Shown here one piece after another: positions 32,296 through 37,838 of a DNA stretch of 37,838 nt. The notes under the pieces are model-generated. The model ran no database searches, was not told the origin of the DNA, and saw only the letters and a program-made list of their open reading frames with translations. The stretch's first letter is position 1. The number at the start of each line of letters is the position of its first letter. The position numbers and the translations under genes are program-made. Source of the stretch: Vicinamibacteria bacterium (GTDB lineage Bacteria; Acidobacteriota; Vicinamibacteria; Vicinamibacterales; UBA2999); assembly GCA_025924295.1 (NCBI GenBank), contig JAICEG010000001.1, positions 1 to 37,838 of the forward strand. Reading direction: 5' to 3'.

Positions 32296-32778
32296 CTACT
32301 TCCACGCCTCCATTGCCTTGCGCTGCATTGACTCCGCCGTGAACTCCATGACCTCGATCTGCACGTTGTCTCGATCTGTGATGCGGGTGAAACGTGCGCG
32401 CGCAGGCGTGAGACCCGGGTCGGCCGCCGTGACCCCCTGCTGGCGCAGGTGCGCCACCGCAGCGTCGATGTCGCCGACCTCGAGGCCGAAGTGCGTGATC
32501 CCGGTTGGCTGGTTCGGGCCCACTGGAATCAACTCCACGAACGTCTCGCGGCTCGCCTGCAGGTAGGTGAGCAGCGGGCTGCCGTCAGGCCTGCGCATCG
32601 TGTAGGCCTCGCGCAGACCGAGCGTCTTCGTATAGAACGCCAGAGCCTCCTCGTAGTTCCGGACGTTGATACCGATGTGATTCACCCCGCGCGGTCGAAC
32701 GTCCTGCGCAGAGCCCGGCTGTACCAGCACTGTCCCGATGACGACTCCCGCGACGAAGATCGCCGCCCCTTTCAGCAT
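32296..32778 (-). CDS. VOC (glyoxalase/bleomycin-resistance/dioxygenase) family protein with N-terminal signal or anchor
   Basis: ORF 32296-32889 trimmed to the ATG at 32778 (GGAGGAG upstream). N-terminus MLKGAAIFVAGVVIGTVLVQPGSAQ. VOC motifs GVNHIGINVRNYEEALAFY and GITHFGLEVGDIDAAVAHL. Confidence 0.75.
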   Translation of the reverse strand: MLKGAAIFVAGVVIGTVLVQPGSAQDVRPRGVNHIGINVRNYEEALAFYTKTLGLREAYTMRRPDGSPLLTYLQASRETFVELIPVGPNQPTGITHFGLEVGDIDAAVAHLRQQGVTAADPGLTPARARFTRITDRDNVQIEVMEFTAESMQRKAMEAWK

Positions 32779-32900
32779 GTCTCCTCCGATTCGCTGCCGC
32801 GTGCGCCACGGGCTGCGACGACCGTGCAACGCCCGAGTATCGCACCAGAATCCCGGTCTACCTTGCCGCGCCTCAGCCCCGTAAGACACAATTCAGTTCA

Positions 32901-34096
32901 GTGAGGAATCGAACGCTCGCACTCATAATCTCGGCCACCCTCAGCATCTCTGCCTGCTCGAGCCCGGAACGCGTCGAGGCCCAGGCAGGAAACGGCGCCG
33001 CGCCCCGTGAAGTGAACACGGCCGTGGTCGCCCAGGCAGCGCTGGTCCGCTCGATCACCGTGACCGGGACGCTGGCTGCCGAGGATCAGGTCGCTCTTGG
33101 ATTCAAGGTACCGGGACGCCTTGCAGAGGTCAGCGTCGACCTTGGGAGCCCCGTCACGCAGGGGCAGGTCGTGGCCCGGCTGATTCCGACTGACTATGAA
33201 CTGCGCGTCCAGCAGGCCGAGGCGGCACTGGTCCAGGCGCGCGTGCGCCTCGGCCTGACACCGGATGGCAGCGAGACGACAGTCGACCCGGAGAAGACCG
33301 CGCTCGTCCGCCAGCGGCGCGCGGTCGCACAGGAAGCTCGCCTCACCCGCGACCGGATGCAGACGTTCGTGGATCGCGGCATCTCTGCCCGCGCGACGCT
33401 CGACGCCGCAATTGCCGCACTGGAAGTCGCAGAGGGTCAGTACCAGGACGCCCTCGAAGAGATCCGGACTCGCGAGGCTGTTCTTTCACAGCGGCAGTCC
33501 GAGCTCGAGATCGCCCGCCAGCAGCTGGAGGACACCGTGTTGCGGTCGCCGCTCGATGGAGCGATCCGCGAGCGCCAGGTCGCGAGCGGTGAATACCGCG
33601 CCTCGGGTGAGCCCGTCGTCACGATCGTCCGTACGCGTCCGCTGCGGCTGCAACTGGCCGTGCCCGAGCGCGAGACCACCGATCTGAAGTCGGGCCTCAA
33701 CGTGATCGTCCGCGTCTCAGGCGACAGCACCGGGCACACCGGCCGGCTGGAGCGCATCGGTGCAGCCATCGACGAGACCAACCGCACGCTCCCGGTGGAG
33801 GCGATGGTCCCGAACGAAGGCGACCTCTTGCGCCCGGGACAATTCGCCACCGCCGAGATCGTCATCAGTGAATCCGATCGCGCGCTCGTCGTGCCACTCG
33901 ACGCGATCGTGACCTTCGCAGGCGTGCAGAAGGTACTGACGGTCGAGAACGGGCACGCCAGTGAGCAGCGCATCCGCACCGGCCGGCGCGACGGCGAGCG
34001 CGTGGAAGTGCTCGAAGGTCTTGCCGCCGGGGACATCGTCATCCGCGCCCCGGGCGACCTCGTGGACGGCGTCCCGGTCCTGGCGGGTGACAGCGA

Positions 34097-34100
<4 letters not shown>
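32901..34100 (+). CDS. RND efflux periplasmic adaptor (membrane fusion protein) lipoprotein
   Basis: 399 aa with a GTG start. Lipobox LSISAC. Coiled-coil hairpin region (QAEAALVQARV...LEVAEGQYQDALE...). Motifs LRSPLDGAI and LRPGQFATAEI. The stop overlaps the RND start as ATGA. Confidence 0.85.
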
Positions 34101-37252
<3,152 letters not shown>

Positions 37253-37632
37253 CGCCCGCTTTCCGTACAGCTGTCAGTCCCTGGTTCTTCGTGCTTGGGC
37301 CTTGGTCCGTCCCAGGTCCTTCGTTCATGGTCCATACCGCAAGAACGGCGGCTACATCAGCTCATCCCTGGACGCCGTGCAAGCCTCGTTGCCGCGCCCC
37401 TCGTCATTTTATCGAGACACATGCCAGAATCGGGCGCTCTGGCCCGAGAAGCTTCTCGCCATTCAGACTTACTACCGCATACGGATGCGCGACTCGAAAT
37501 GTGGACTCTTCTTCGTCGACCGGCGTCAGCTCGAAAGAATGGTCGGGCGCGATCCCGACAGCGAGATCCCGATTGCCTCTGTCTTTCCGCTCGACGCCGA
37601 CATTCACGCCAGCAGCCGGTCATGAGACAGCC

Positions 37633-37838
37633 ATGACCGTGACGCGATGGCGAGTCGCCGCGATGCTGATGCCGGCGATGCTGGTGGTCGCCGGATTCTT
37701 CGGCCTCGGCATGTTCGAGGTGATGCGACAAAGCGTGGGTATGGGCTCGATTGTGTCGGAACAGTCAACCGGTCCGACGCTCGAGCACTACGCCGCTCTA
37801 CTTCGCGATCGCGAGATTCACGACGCGCTCGGACTGAC
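37633..37838 (+). CDS. ABC transporter permease, N-terminal fragment (runs off window)
   Basis: ATG at 37633 gives MTVTRWRVAAMLMPAMLVVAGFFGLGMFEV...TLEHYAALLRD. This is the usual N-terminal TM helix plus an (E/D)NY-type segment of binding-protein-dependent permeases. Only 68 codons are visible. Confidence 0.55.
   Translation, partial: MTVTRWRVAAMLMPAMLVVAGFFGLGMFEVMRQSVGMGSIVSEQSTGPTLEHYAALLRDREIHDALGL

Overview
High-GC bacterial chromosomal segment of about 38 tightly packed genes. I saw no rRNA, tRNA, CRISPR array, transposase, integrase or phage genes. By eye, about 25 products carry N-terminal Sec, Tat or lipoprotein signals and 6 are polytopic membrane proteins. Only 2 look cytoplasmic, so the window reads as an exported-enzyme island.

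The first 19.7 kb holds the main finding. Three minus-strand operons each contain an exported MBL-fold paralog with non-canonical metal-ligand motifs. These are interleaved with seven paralogs of one unrecognised secreted protein family, which I call the WEG family (subtypes A, B and C). Also present are two tandem DUF6152-like small proteins, a diheme cytochrome c, two tandem amidohydrolases and a cytoplasmic beta-hydroxyacid-dehydrogenase-like enzyme. A membrane PAS histidine kinase with a stand-alone receiver lies next to them.

The remaining 18 kb encodes:
- an orphan Tat-signal TRAP binding protein
- an operon of an internally duplicated alpha/beta hydrolase, a PAL-like NHL propeller and an MFS transporter
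- a CDP-alcohol phosphatidyltransferase
- a Ser/Thr kinase with an unusual kinase-RDD-pseudokinase-RDD layout
- a Tat-exported enolase-superfamily enzyme divergent from a lipoprotein sulfatase
- an exported VOC protein
- an RND efflux pair
- the start of an ABC permease

Three non-coding signals stand out:
- a 31-nt GC-hairpin element present twice (30/31 identical), wedged between a stop codon and the next gene's RBS
- two AT-rich dyad arrays of TGATTGG/CCAATCA heptamers at convergent gene ends
- a perfect 16-bp inverted repeat in a divergent promoter region

All functional calls come from motif reading of the translations. No database search was possible.
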